Source: Octopus sinensis
Taxonomy: Eukaryota
Direction of reading: 5' to 3'
DNA: 64,000 nucleotides
Assembly (NCBI RefSeq): GCF_006345805.1
Contig: NC_043007.1
Coordinates: 49,972,001-50,036,000 of the forward strand
The position numbers and the translations under genes are program-made. Of the stretch, positions 13,386 to 25,640 are shown piece after piece (the first letter of the stretch is position 1; every line of letters begins with the position of its first letter). The notes under the pieces are model-generated. The model saw only the letters and a list, made by a program, of their open reading frames with translations. It was not told the origin of the DNA and did no database searches.

Positions 13386-13884
13386 ATTATCGCCATTTTA
13401 TAATCTTAATGTCGTGCATGCGCATTCTTTGTTTTTTTGTCCACTACACAGTATAGCAGTGGCACCGTCTGTGAGAAAAACTGTACCATGACGCAATTCA
13501 CTCTGTCAGATATTTTTATGTGATTTTGGTAAATATGTCTGTTAAAATGAGATGTCAGTGTTATTTTAATTTTTGCGTTATTTAGACGACAGTTTATTCA
13601 TTGTACCCTGTACACGTACACGCACACACGCACTCATGTGCGCGCTCACATACACACATATATATTTATATTTATATTGAGAAAAAGGAGGTTGTCAGTA
13701 TTGTGGATAATTCTTTATTAACACTTCCGTGGCATTATAAAGAATTATCTAAAATTCTGACTGCCTCCTTGTTCTCAATATACAATATCTGTACATCATT
13801 TCAAACACTCTATACATGCATACTTACATACATACATGCATACATGCATGCATACATACATACATACATACATACATACATACA

Positions 13885-13914
<30 letters not shown>

Positions 13915-13916
<2 letters not shown>

Positions 13917-14598
13917 CGAGGAGAAGTCAAAAAATATTCGTACTTTCGCCATAACCTATCTTTATTATTATCACATTGCCTTCGGCTCATGCGTGCTTAT
14001 AGTTGGTACTATTAAAGTCACGTGATCAAAGTTTGAGTCTGATCACACCATTCTTCTTTCAGTGTCAACCTGGTCGCTCCACTAGCAATGTGCAGCAAAT
14101 AAGAAGAAAGAGGAATGATCCAATTTCTCTGGAAAAGGAGTGTATGATCAACAGTACAAGATACCTTACTTTGCTGGCCAACAAACTGAAGCTAGCAATT
14201 GGCACCAAACGCCGAAGCCTATTGTTGCAGACAGTTTTGTTGTTGCATGACAAAGCACGCCTACACACTGCCACCCAGACCATTCAAACCATTAATAAAT
14301 TGGATTTTGGGGTGCTGGAACACCATGCCTACAGCCCAGATCTCGCCCCTTCCGACTATCATTGGACTGTTCAAAAATGGTTTACGAGGTCGTCGATTTC
14401 CTATGAATGAAGATGTGAAGGAAATGGTGCATAAATTATTCACGACTGAAAACCTTCCTGGAGGGAAGACACACGCCTGTGGACCGCTCAACCAAGTACA
14501 TCAAAAAGGAAGGAAACTATATAGAAAACTGAAGGACTTGTTTTATCCCTTGCTTTTGTGTAAATACATTGAAAATACAAGAGTGCGTATAATTTTTG
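13915..14598 (+). mobile_element. Mariner (DD34D) transposon, internally deleted
   Basis: TA-CGAGG end; LLLHDKARLH and YSPDLAPSDYH motifs (ORF 14003-14410); partial right TIR at about 14581-14598. Confidence 0.8.
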
Positions 14599-14908
14599 GT
14601 TGCTTCCCAACCACATGGTTCCGGGTTCAGTCCTACTGCTTGGCACCTTGGGCAAATGTCTTCTACTATAGCCTCGAGCCAACCAAAGCCTTGTGAGTGT
14701 ATTTGGTAGACGGAAACTGAAAGAAGCTCGTTGTATATATATATATACATGTATATACATATGTATACGTATATGAATTTGTGTCTGCGTGTGTCCTCCC
14801 CACATCGCTTGACAACCGATGTTGGTGTGTTTACGTCCCCGTAACTTAGCGGTTCGGCAAAAGAACCGATGAATATGAAACCTGAAAGAATCTCGTAGTA
14901 TATCTGTG

Positions 14909-14966
<58 letters not shown>

Positions 14967-15245
14967 TGTGTATGTGTGAGTGTATGTGTGTATGTATATG
15001 GCAATATATGTCTATGTATAAGACTGAAGATGGAATATATATGTATACATATATGTTTGTGTGTCTGTGTTTTGTCCTCCCACCATCGCTTGACATCGAT
15101 GTTGGTGCGTTTGCGTCCCCGTAACGTAGCGGTTCTGTAAAAGAAGGCGATAGAATAATTACTAGGCCTACAAAGATTGGTTCGACTAAAGACGTTGCTC
15201 CAGCATTGTCGCAGTCAAATGACTGAAACAAGTAAAAGAATAAAA
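14598..15245 (+). mobile_element. SINE family A copies/fragments interrupted by microsatellites
   Basis: CATGGTTCCGGGTTCAGTCC head; GGAAACTGAAAGAAGC core; 3' half repeated at 15055-15245. Confidence 0.8.
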
Positions 15246-16083
15246 GAATATATATATATATTTGAACAAAAGTATTGTATGATGACAGTAAAAAATGTAG
15301 AACGTATACTGAGTGTACCACCGGACCGGAGACAGACACAGATGGTCGCTAATTCTTCATCAGTTATCAACCAGATAGTATTACTCAGTTTCGCACCTTC
15401 TATGATAAGACTAATAACTTCCATGCGGGCGGTGCCCGCGAAAGTCGCAGAGAATATAGGGCCGGGAGCAAATAAAACAATACAGAATGGACATACGATA
15501 GTCAATAAATCTAATTTAAGATGCTGGACAAAGACAAAACAAACAATAAAAGAGCAAAATATAGCCTTGGGGCCAAAACGACAAGAATAGTGGCCAGCGC
15601 TTAGAAGGCATCCTAAAAGATTACAAAACAAAAAATAGCAAGTCAGTAGGGCACAGAGGATTCAGGACCGGTCAACTGCGCAACCGGTGTGAAAAAGGGA
15701 GAGAAAGAAGGGCTGGCTACGGGTCACGTGTCAGCAGCAGGCGGAGAAAAGAGAGGGCAAGAGAAAGGGAGAGAAAGAGCGACAGAGAGAAAACAAGGGA
15801 AGGGACGAAGGGGAAAAGGAGAAAGGAGGAAGCCTAGAAATAGAAGTAAGATGGCGAGAAAGAGAGAGAAAAGGAATAAGAGTGAAGGCTAGAAATAGAT
15901 TCGCACTTACTATTAATGAAAGCCGGGTTGCGTTGCCTTCCCTTACTTAATAAATGAAAGAAAAGTATTGTAAATAAACAACGACAGAGTAAAAATCGTA
16001 CAACTTATACTGCGTGTATAATCGGACAAAAGACAGGCACAGAAGGGCCCTTATTCTTCATATGTTATCAACCAGATGGTATG

Positions 16084-16242
16084 CAGATGTGGCTGTGTGG
16101 TAAGAAGCTTGCTTCTCAACCAGATGGGTCCGTGTTCAGTCCCACTGCGTGACACTGTGAGCAAGTGTATTTTACAAAAGTTTCGGACCGACAAAAGCCT
16201 TGCGAGTGTATTTGCCACGCGGAAACTCATGGAAGCCTGTCG

Positions 16243-16273
<31 letters not shown>

Positions 16274-16530
16274 AAATGTGAGCATGTATGTATTTGTGTG
16301 TGTTAGTGTATGCGTTTGTGTTTGTCCTATCACTTTCGCTTGACAACCGATGTTGGTGTGTTTATGTCCGCGTAACTTACCTGTTCGGCCAAAGAAATTG
16401 GTAGAATAAATACTAGGCATACGAAGAATAAATTCTGGGACGATTTCTTCAACTAAAAATTTTTAAGGCGGTGTTCCAGCATGGCCGCAGTTAAATGACT
16501 AGAACAAGTAAAAGAATAAAAGAATAAATG
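16084..16530 (+). mobile_element. SINE family A, full length
   Basis: GTGGCTGTGTGGTAAGAAGCTTGCTT head to ACTAGAACAAGTAAAAG tail. Confidence 0.85.
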
Positions 16531-16599
16531 TATATATGTATATATGTATATATGTATATATATCGTCGTCGTTGTCGGCGGCGGCGTTTCATTGTGTCC

Positions 16600-16900
16600 G
16601 ATGATTTATTTGGTTTCTTCTTGACTACTTCTTCCTCTCTGTCTGTGTTTATGATGACTAATGAGGCCGATTCTTGCATGGAAGCGTCTAATACAAAGTT
16701 CACAAGGGATCCGTGATAGTGTCTTTGGTTGTTGCAGCCTCCATCTTCTTTCTAAATTTACACTTATAAACGACATCCTCGTTATGACGTATTGCGTACT
16801 TTTTTGTTTGAATATGTAACTACTGTCAACTATGTGGGTGTTTGTTCCTTTTCGAGCCATGCCTGGCACATAAGGGCCGGTTTCCCGGTTTCATTGGCGT
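16600..16900 (-). mobile_element. RTE-clade LINE 3' end
   Basis: ORF 16606-16869 ends CELCIRRFHARIGLISHHKH, the C-terminal CxxC...RIGL.SH motif typical of RTE ORF2. Confidence 0.6.
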
Positions 16901-16984
16901 ATAGGTTCCCCAACTTTACGGGACGCCGGTCCGTTGCAGGTGAGTTGCTAGATGCAGGAGGAGAGAGTAAGAAAATGTTGTGGC

Positions 16985-17122
16985 GAAAGAGTCAGCAGAA
17001 GTTCGCCGTTTTCTTCTGCCGGTGTTTCGCTCATACACACTTTGCCCGGTCTGAGATTCGAGCCCGCGATCCCTCCACCGCGAGTCCGCTGCTCTAACCA
17101 CTTGGCAATGTGCCTCCACGCT
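16985..17122 (-). mobile_element. tRNA-derived SINE head, third family
   Basis: Minus strand GTGGAGGCACATTGCCAAGTGGTTAGAGC...GGGCTCGAATCTCAGACC: A-box/B-box-like. Confidence 0.6.
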
Positions 17123-18251
17123 GTCAACTATACTCCGCGGAAAATCTTCGGCCGGTGGCCCTATCTATTGAAATTCTGAGTAGGCGAAAAGAAACACAAA
17201 CACAGAATTAAAGGATATTTTATTGTTCTTCAAATAATTTTAAGCCTTAAGCTTTTACGCATATTTTATTGTTTTTTAAATAATAGTTATGAGCCTTAAG
17301 CCTTTTAAGTGTTCGCCGTGTACAGACAATACAAAATAGTCTTGTATTGTGTATTAGAGGACTAGCTCTTAAAGTGAGGCATCTACTTTACTGTGTATAA
17401 TTTCACACTTTAAACCTAAACAGTTTACAAGTCAAAGCACAAATATAATAAAATATTCTGCATTAAATTAAGATACGGTGAGGAGTGAAAACTCTGTAAA
17501 TAGTAATTATAAGCTTTCAGTCTATAAGCGTTCACCATGTTTTGGCAAAAGAAAATAGTCTACCATTGGGGCATAATGCTATCGATGGAAAAAGGGTATT
17601 AGTACACGTCTAATATTGTATGCATGTATACATATACATATACGTATATATGGGAGTGTATCTACATGTATGTATGTATATATGTATCTATGTATGTATA
17701 TATGTATGAATGTGTTTATGTATGTATGAATGCATTTATGTATGTATGTATGTATGTATGTATGTATATAATTATGTATGTATGTATGTAGATTTGTGGC
17801 TTCCATAGTAAGATTCATATGAAATAGCTATAGAGAAATATGTATTCCAGAATAATTACAATATCAACATGTAATTACAGTATGACCTTTGGTCCTGTGC
17901 ACTTAATAATCTTGATAGAGTTTATAACAAGCTGACTGCCCTTTTCATAAGTCGCCTGTCAGGAAGACTGAGGTGGTAGGTATTAAGTCAAATGAAATGA
18001 CATTGATAATGGACGTTTTAATAACTGTTTCTTCGAGTAGGGGTCTCTATGTAGTACTGTGTGTTTGTTTTTTGTGTTAATTTTTCGGTTATTTTTCTAT
18101 CTCACTCACGTTTCTTTGTCTCTTGATTTTTTCTGTTTCTTGAGCATCAAATGTCTATTATTAAACGGTCGGAGTTTAGTACTTAAAAGTAAGGTCAATG
18201 TGGCGGTAAAAGTTTATATATATATATATATATATATATAAAAGTGTAAAG

Positions 18252-18314
<63 letters not shown>

Positions 18315-18316
<2 letters not shown>

Positions 18317-19672
18317 TACGTTGATATCATCGACATAGCGAGAGTACATGTTCATGAGTATGGAGTTGTGTGTCAGGCGTTCTTTAAGCTTTCTGTTCTA
18401 CCTTACCATGAAAAGGTATGCAGTTCTTAGGATACAGCCATAGAGAAAGGATCAGAGTATACAAAGGAGCCATGAAGAAATTTGAAACTAACATACATAG
18501 CGATAGGAATGGAACACCATTGAAAGGGCTAAGAAGAAAATAGGGAAGGCCAACTCATGGTATGATCGCCACAAATACCAGAGTGTCATGTTCGTCGACA
18601 CTACCCCTAGAGGCGAACTGGTATACCGCTTTAGAAGGGCCCTGAACAAACTTAAGCTAAGAATTAATGTTGTAGAAAGGCCAGGCAACCCTATCACATC
18701 CCTAATCAGTAGAACCTATCCTTTCAGTAGAACCCCCTGTACTGATAGGAACTAAATTGTATGTAGATTTAGCCCACAAACAAACTGTATAGCTATATGA
18801 TGCACAGAGGGACGGTGCAGTAACATGACAACGACGTACGTAGGGGAAACAACGCGGAGCATAGGAGAGCGGGTAAAACAGCATTAGAGGGAACTTAAGG
18901 AAGAGGTCTCATCGGTTCTTTACTAACACGCCGAGCAGGAACACGGGGACTCGCTTAGCAACATAGAAGTTAAAATCTTGTCCACGCATAGAACAGACGC
19001 AACGCCTAGACAAATTACGGAAGCTACACACATAATAGAACGTAAACCTAGCCTGAATAGGAAACTAGAACTGAACACTAGCACACACATCCAACACACC
19101 ACAACTTATGACAGAATAAGATCCCCATAAACTGATAATAATATGAATATAATACAATACACAAATAAATATATGGAACTAAATAACTATATACATTAAC
19201 AAAATAAATTAAACTAAATTAAATACAAAAAAAAGGAAAGAAAAGAAAAAATAAGTAGATAAAAATAAACAAACGAACAAAATAAATAAAATGAAACGAA
19301 CGTGTATAAACAGGGAATACTAATAATACAGGCACATCCCCCCCACACACACAACACACTTACTAAACATAGACACACACAGGGATATATGCATGCGCAA
19401 ATTAAGACACATACAAGAGGAATACAAAATGGCTGATCATTAGTAAGAAAAGACGCACATAAAATAAAGAGGAAAGCAAAGGACAACTGATGAAGTCAAA
19501 GAAGTATGACGAAATAACTCTGGCCGAAATACGATTAATATAAAGCTGAAACAAGTGAACACCAAATATATAGTGCGTGTGTTTTTATTGGCTAAACTGG
19601 CAACGTTACCATCCGCAAATACAGCAATATCTGTTTCAACATACGAATTCACATCAAGAATCTTTCAAAACG
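18315..19672 (+). mobile_element. Penelope-like element 3' portion: RT thumb, GIY-YIG endonuclease, pseudo-LTR
   Basis: MFVDTTPRGEL...VVERPG...PC..C...YVGETTRSIGERVKQH (YVGET at 18837-18851)...EATHIIERKPSLNRKLE with stops; followed by UTR with an HHR motif; bounded by (TA)n. Confidence 0.85.
19481..19525 (+). ncRNA. Partly degenerate minimal type-I hammerhead
   Basis: CTGATGA 19487-19493; stem II GTCA/TGAC; GAAA 19511-19514; CUC site at 19518-19520; stem I only 3 of 5 pairs. Confidence 0.55.
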
Positions 19673-19692
19673 ATTATATATATATATATACA

Positions 19693-19907
19693 TATATATA
19701 CTCTTTTATTTGTTTCAGTCATTTGACTGTGGCCATGCTGGAGCACCGCCTTTAGTCGAGCAATTCGACCCCAGGACTTATTCTTTGTGAGCCTAGTACT
19801 TATTCTATCGGTCTGTTTTGCCGAACTGCTATGTTACGGAGACGGAAACACACCAGCATCGGTTGTCAAGCGATGTTGGGGGGACAAACACAGACACACA
19901 AACATAT

Positions 19908-19951
<44 letters not shown>

Positions 19952-20105
19952 GACGGGCTTCTTTCAGTTTCCGTCTACCAAATCCACTCACAAGGCTTTT
20001 GTTGACCCGAGGCTATAGTAGAAGACACTTGCCCAAGGTGCCACACAGTGGGAGTGAACTCGGAACCATGTGGTTCGTAAGCAAGCTACTTACTACACAA
20101 CCATT
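19693..20105 (-). mobile_element. SINE family A, full length
   Basis: Reverse complement of the 41888-42305 pattern. Confidence 0.85.
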
Positions 20106-20123
20106 CCTACTATATATATATAT

Positions 20124-20447
20124 ATAAATTTATATAAATAAGGATAATATCGTTATTTAAAATATCGATCTTATCATGTGGCTAGCATGGGAATAAATAT
20201 CTCAAAGGTAATAGTTATAATTAAAATTATGATTAACGGTATTTAAAAGATACTACCATGCTAGAAATAGCAGCCAAAACTTGACTCTAAAACCACATTA
20301 AATGTTCATACAGCACCAAGAGAGAAGACAATATGACAAAATAAACTAGCTAAAAAATTAACTGGATAATTCCAGATCCCAGATTTCTGGCCCTGCATAA
20401 AAATGCTTTGCCTTCATCAGTGGAATACACGCAGATAGCATATAAAT

Positions 20448-20520
<73 letters not shown>

Positions 20521-20835
20521 AAACATACGAATACTTACATATACGAACGTATGCATCCATATATATGCACGTATGCACACGACCAGTTTAAATTACCCGC
20601 CTAAAACTCCTCGTGCGGTATGGTTAAAATACCACCGCAGTGAATATAATGACGAAATAAATATATAAATTTATATAAATAAGGATTAGATCGTTATTTA
20701 AAATACCAATCTTATCAGGTGGCTAGCATGGGTTTTAGAGTCAAGTTTTGGCTGCTATTTCTTGGATAGTGGTATCTTTTAGATACCCTTAATTATAATT
20801 TTAATAATTATTAACTTTGAGGTTTTTATTCCCAT
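20124..20835. repeat. Composite direct + inverted repeat around (TA)n
   Basis: About 65-bp direct repeat 20124-20190 / 20665-20731; about 105-bp inverted repeat 20187-20295 / 20731-20835. Confidence 0.8.
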
Positions 20836-20844
20836 TCTATTTAT

Positions 20845-22614
20845 TATCTTTACACAGCTTCTAACGCTGGAGATGTACTACGGTGTCAGCTGTTCACTAC
20901 CAGTGAACTAAGGTAACACCTCTTATTTTTCGAGCACCATCCGGAGTATTCGAGCGGTTCCAAGTAGTGCTGTTTTCTGCAAGTGCTCCACCCTTATTGC
21001 ATCCCCTATTTGTTCCATATATTTCTCAAGATTTTTACTCACTGTTCCCAGGACTCCGACAATTATTGGTGCTACTATCACCTTTTCCATCGACCAAAAC
21101 TGATTGACCTCCAAAGCTAACCAATGATATCTATCGACTTTTCTTTCTTCCTAATCGCATACCTTGTTTTCAGTTGGACATGCTATATCTATGATCCAGC
21201 ATCGTTTGCTTTCCTTGCAATTAACACTATGACTGGTTTCCTATTCTCTATTTCATGGTTGCATTGAATATTAAAATCCCATAGAGCCTTTGCATTATAA
21301 TTTTCAATGATGCTTCCGGGTTTATGTTCGTACCACATTTTGCTCTTTCAAGTCCATACTTGTTCCAAAGTGTCCAAAGGACAATCCATGCTATGTCGTC
21401 ATTACGTCTCTTATACTCTTTCTGGGCTAGTGGTGTACATTAACTGATAATATTCCATACCGTTTCACCATTTTGTCCACAAATTCTGCACTCATCACCT
21501 TCTGATGTGTTGTCTAAGTTGTTAGTTCTTGCTCTTCGTCAGCACAGATTAGAGCCTCCATTTCTGGTTTTAAATCACTTTTAGTCATCCATAGCTATAT
21601 TTTTCTCTGTCTCTTTTATCTTCAACGTCCCTATGAAATTCTCCATGCATTCTTTACTTTATCCACCTATTTTCAGTTCCATTCATTCTCAAGTCCTTTT
21701 ACAATGCTTCGTCTTTGCAATCTTACATCTTACACAAGCCTTACCTTCTTACTTCCAATAATAGCAGTTCTGTAGTATTTTTACATTCCATGCTATGTTG
21801 TTTTCTTTTGCTCTAATGCTGGGTTTCCATCCAATCAGTCCTCTTCCCCCTCTTTTTCTTGGTACATACTGTCTGTCTGTGTCACTTTTTAAGTGGAGTC
21901 ACCCATATTTAGTCAGCAACTGCCTTGTCTTTCTGCCTAAGCTGTTTAGTTCGCCTACTGTCCATGCGATTAGCCCTGCTCCATGTCTAAGGAGTGAAAC
22001 CGCCCAGGTGTTGATTGCTTCAATCTTATTCCGTCCGTTTAATTTCGACTTCAGGATCAGTCTCAGACTGCGTAAGTACTCCACCTTAAATTTTTCAGTC
22101 ATTTCTTTCTTCATCAATTTATCCATTTTCAAAATCCCCAAGTACTTATAGCCCGTCTCTGCTATCTGCTTCAAAACCTCCCCCGATGATATCGCTAGCC
22201 CGTCCATACATTTGATTTTGCCTCACTTCAAGACTAGCACACCACACTTTTTCAGTCCGAACTCCATTCTGATATCAGTACTGAAAGTATAAACCGTACT
22301 AACGTGGAAACTGACTTGGGATTCATCTTCACCATAAAGTTTAAGGTCATCCATGAATAACAAGTTGTTGACTTTTTGTTGCTGGCTTTTGAATACACAC
22401 ACAGCCTTTGCTTTCCTCACAATCAGTGTTAGTGGTATCATGGACAGTACAAAGATCAGTGGGTACAGGCAGTCCCCTTGGAATATGCCTCTCATGATTT
22501 CTATTGTTCCTAAACTTCTTTCATATTCTATCAGTTCCGTCCTCCACTTCACCATACTTTTTCCAAACAATCGTTCAACATTCGATGCAACACCAAATAT
22601 TATTATTATTATTA

Positions 22615-22664
<50 letters not shown>

Positions 22665-24315
22665 TATTATTATTATACATTCTATAATCCAAGAATGTGA
22701 GATCATATCGTATGCCTTACGATAATCGATCCATGACATGGCTATGTTAGGTTTTCTCCCCTTGCAGTCTCTAAGTATAGTTTTGTCTACCGGGAGTTGA
22801 ACCTTGGTATCTCTACACTTATGCTTGCTCCCCTTCTGCTCATGTGGCAGGACTCCATTTATTCTTGATGTCCGTACATTGACTCTGCGAGTATTCCAGT
22901 CAATAATTCCCGCATAATTGGCAAGCAGGATATCGTATTGCCGTTTTCGATGTTTTTCAAGTACAGCACCCATTCTCAACCACTCTGGTGTTACTTAGTC
23001 GGCATTTAACAATGTGTTGAGTTGCGCAGCTTCTCGTGCATAATATTCACCAAATCTTTTCAGCCAGTAGCCTTGAACTCTATCTGGTCTCGAGACCTTT
23101 CAGCTGCCCATTGTTTGCTGATTTCCTTCACTTCCATAACTGAAATGACTAGTTTTGTCTATTTGTTTCAGTTTTTGCAACAGTTCAGCGTTCTTCATGC
23201 GCTCCTTGTCTTTGCTCCAGATGTCACTCCAAAATCTTTGACTTTTAATGTTGTCTGGTATCAACTTTTCATCTGTACATTCTCCATTTACTTCTTTGTA
23301 GAATCTCTTCTGATCTATTTTCAATAACTTATTCTGCTGGTATTCCTTCATTCTTTGGTCGTATCTTACCATCGTCGCTTTCTTTGCATCGAGGCGTTGT
23401 TTCAGTTCCTCCATTACCACTTTCAGACCCTTTCTTTCAATATCATACTTCCTGTTCAGTGCCCTCTATTTTTGCTCGCTTTTAAGCTACCCCTTTTCTT
23501 TTCGGTCTAACACAGTGATGTCCTTCGGGAGTATATCTAACGCTGACTGTATTCTTCCTTTCCACCATGGATCTTTTCTTTTGTCACTCCCATTATATTT
23601 CTTTTCTTGACATCAACATCCACATTTTCTGCTACTACAATACTTGCTGCCTTGATCAAATTATTTGTTCCTGTGATGTTTTTTGTTCTGATGTATTTCA
23701 GAATTCCATTCACATTTTACGTTTCTTGGTTCAATTTCCACCGATCAACCTTGGTTGCAAATAATGTCGCTATCGTTCTCCTGTATCCTTGCCTTTATTC
23801 TGCCGTAGATTACCTCTTGCCAATCTGTCATGTCACCAATAGTTTAATTGTGCTTCTTTCAGACCATCTATATGTCTCTCATCGAGCAAGCTATCACTGT
23901 TCCTTTTCTTTGGTTTATCAGAGATCTCATCTCTGTTTTCTGTTATGAGATTACTTTTATCATTAAGAACTGCATTTTCGTTGTTTTATCTGCTGCTGTT
24001 TTCCAATACCCTGCTTTTGATAGCTTCGAACTCTACTTCTGTGAACCAACGATGTTTTCTTATTGCTCTAGCTTGATTACATAATCTCTGTTCCGTAAGT
24101 TGAAACATTCCTCTTTCTCTCCATTTGATAATACGTATGTTGTCGGATTCCCATATTATGAGCACAATTTTCGTCTACAGAAACGCTCCGGTAGCAACAC
24201 TCCATGACCACAGAAATAATTGAGTTATTTGTTCCATCTACGCTGTGTGTGCTGGTCCATTGCAGGATAACGACAGGCTGCAGCCGGGCCAATATTGTGT
24301 TTTTTCATTAGCAGT
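20845..24315 (-). mobile_element. R4/Dong-like RLE non-LTR retrotransposon, near full ORF, frameshifted (subfamily 2)
   Basis: N-terminal VMECCYRS; WIDYRKAYDMISHSWI; IFQGDCLYPLIF; FMDDLKLY; YKYLGI; CRICGQNGETVWNIIS zinc finger; IIVGVLGTV...LLGTARILRMVLE C-terminus. Confidence 0.9.
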
Positions 24316-24327
24316 CATAAGAGGTAG

Positions 24328-24800
<473 letters not shown>

Positions 24801-24811
24801 TATTATTATTA

Positions 24812-25332
24812 TTGAGTGAGAGAGCAGTGCATGCCATCAAAGTGACACTGGGGTAAAATATACGAAGCCCAGTATACCCATCATGACTGTTCATCTGATA
24901 AGGTTACACTAGGCACATTCATCACAACCATATGTGCGCGACATGGTGATCTCATATCAAGATAAACAGCGCATGACCTTGCAGGTGGAGCCCACTTTCA
25001 ATTTTCTTTTGGTCGAGTAACCCATCCCGCTGAAAAGGTCCCTGAATAAGGGTTGTTTAAGGATGTTGAACGAAACACCCGGGTTTCCAGAGGTGAATTA
25101 TTCAAACCCCAAAGAATCCCTCTCAACACATGGCTATGATTCAACCCCACTACTTCTGCTCGTGATCAGAAATGCACATATTGTCAACCACTAAGTGACA
25201 AGCTCAACTGGTTACGGTCAAACAACTGACAAGCAAATCTTTAATACCAAGACAAAACAATGTACATGATAACACTTCCAATCAGTTAAGATCAGAAGCC
25301 ATGAGAGCTACTGTCTGGCACTACATCAGAGC
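24812..25332 (-). mobile_element. About 520-bp non-coding interspersed repeat, probably a non-autonomous retroposon ending in (AAT)n
   Basis: Moderate-GC island bounded by trinucleotide tracts on both sides; single copy here, so repeat status rests on recognition. Confidence 0.4.
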
Positions 25333-25402
25333 ATTCATCATCATCATCAGCAGCAGCAGCATCACCACCACCACCACCACCACCACCACCACCACCACCA
25401 CT

Positions 25403-25446
<44 letters not shown>

Positions 25447-25496
25447 TATCATCATTATTATTATTATCATTATTATTATTATTATTATTATCATCG

Positions 25497-25539
<43 letters not shown>

Positions 25540-25553
25540 TATTATTATTATTA

Positions 25554-25638
<85 letters not shown>
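25333..25638. repeat. (CAT/CAG/CAC/TAT)n compound microsatellite
   Basis: Direct reading. Confidence 0.95.
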
Positions 25639-25639
<1 letters not shown>

Positions 25640-25640
<1 letters not shown>

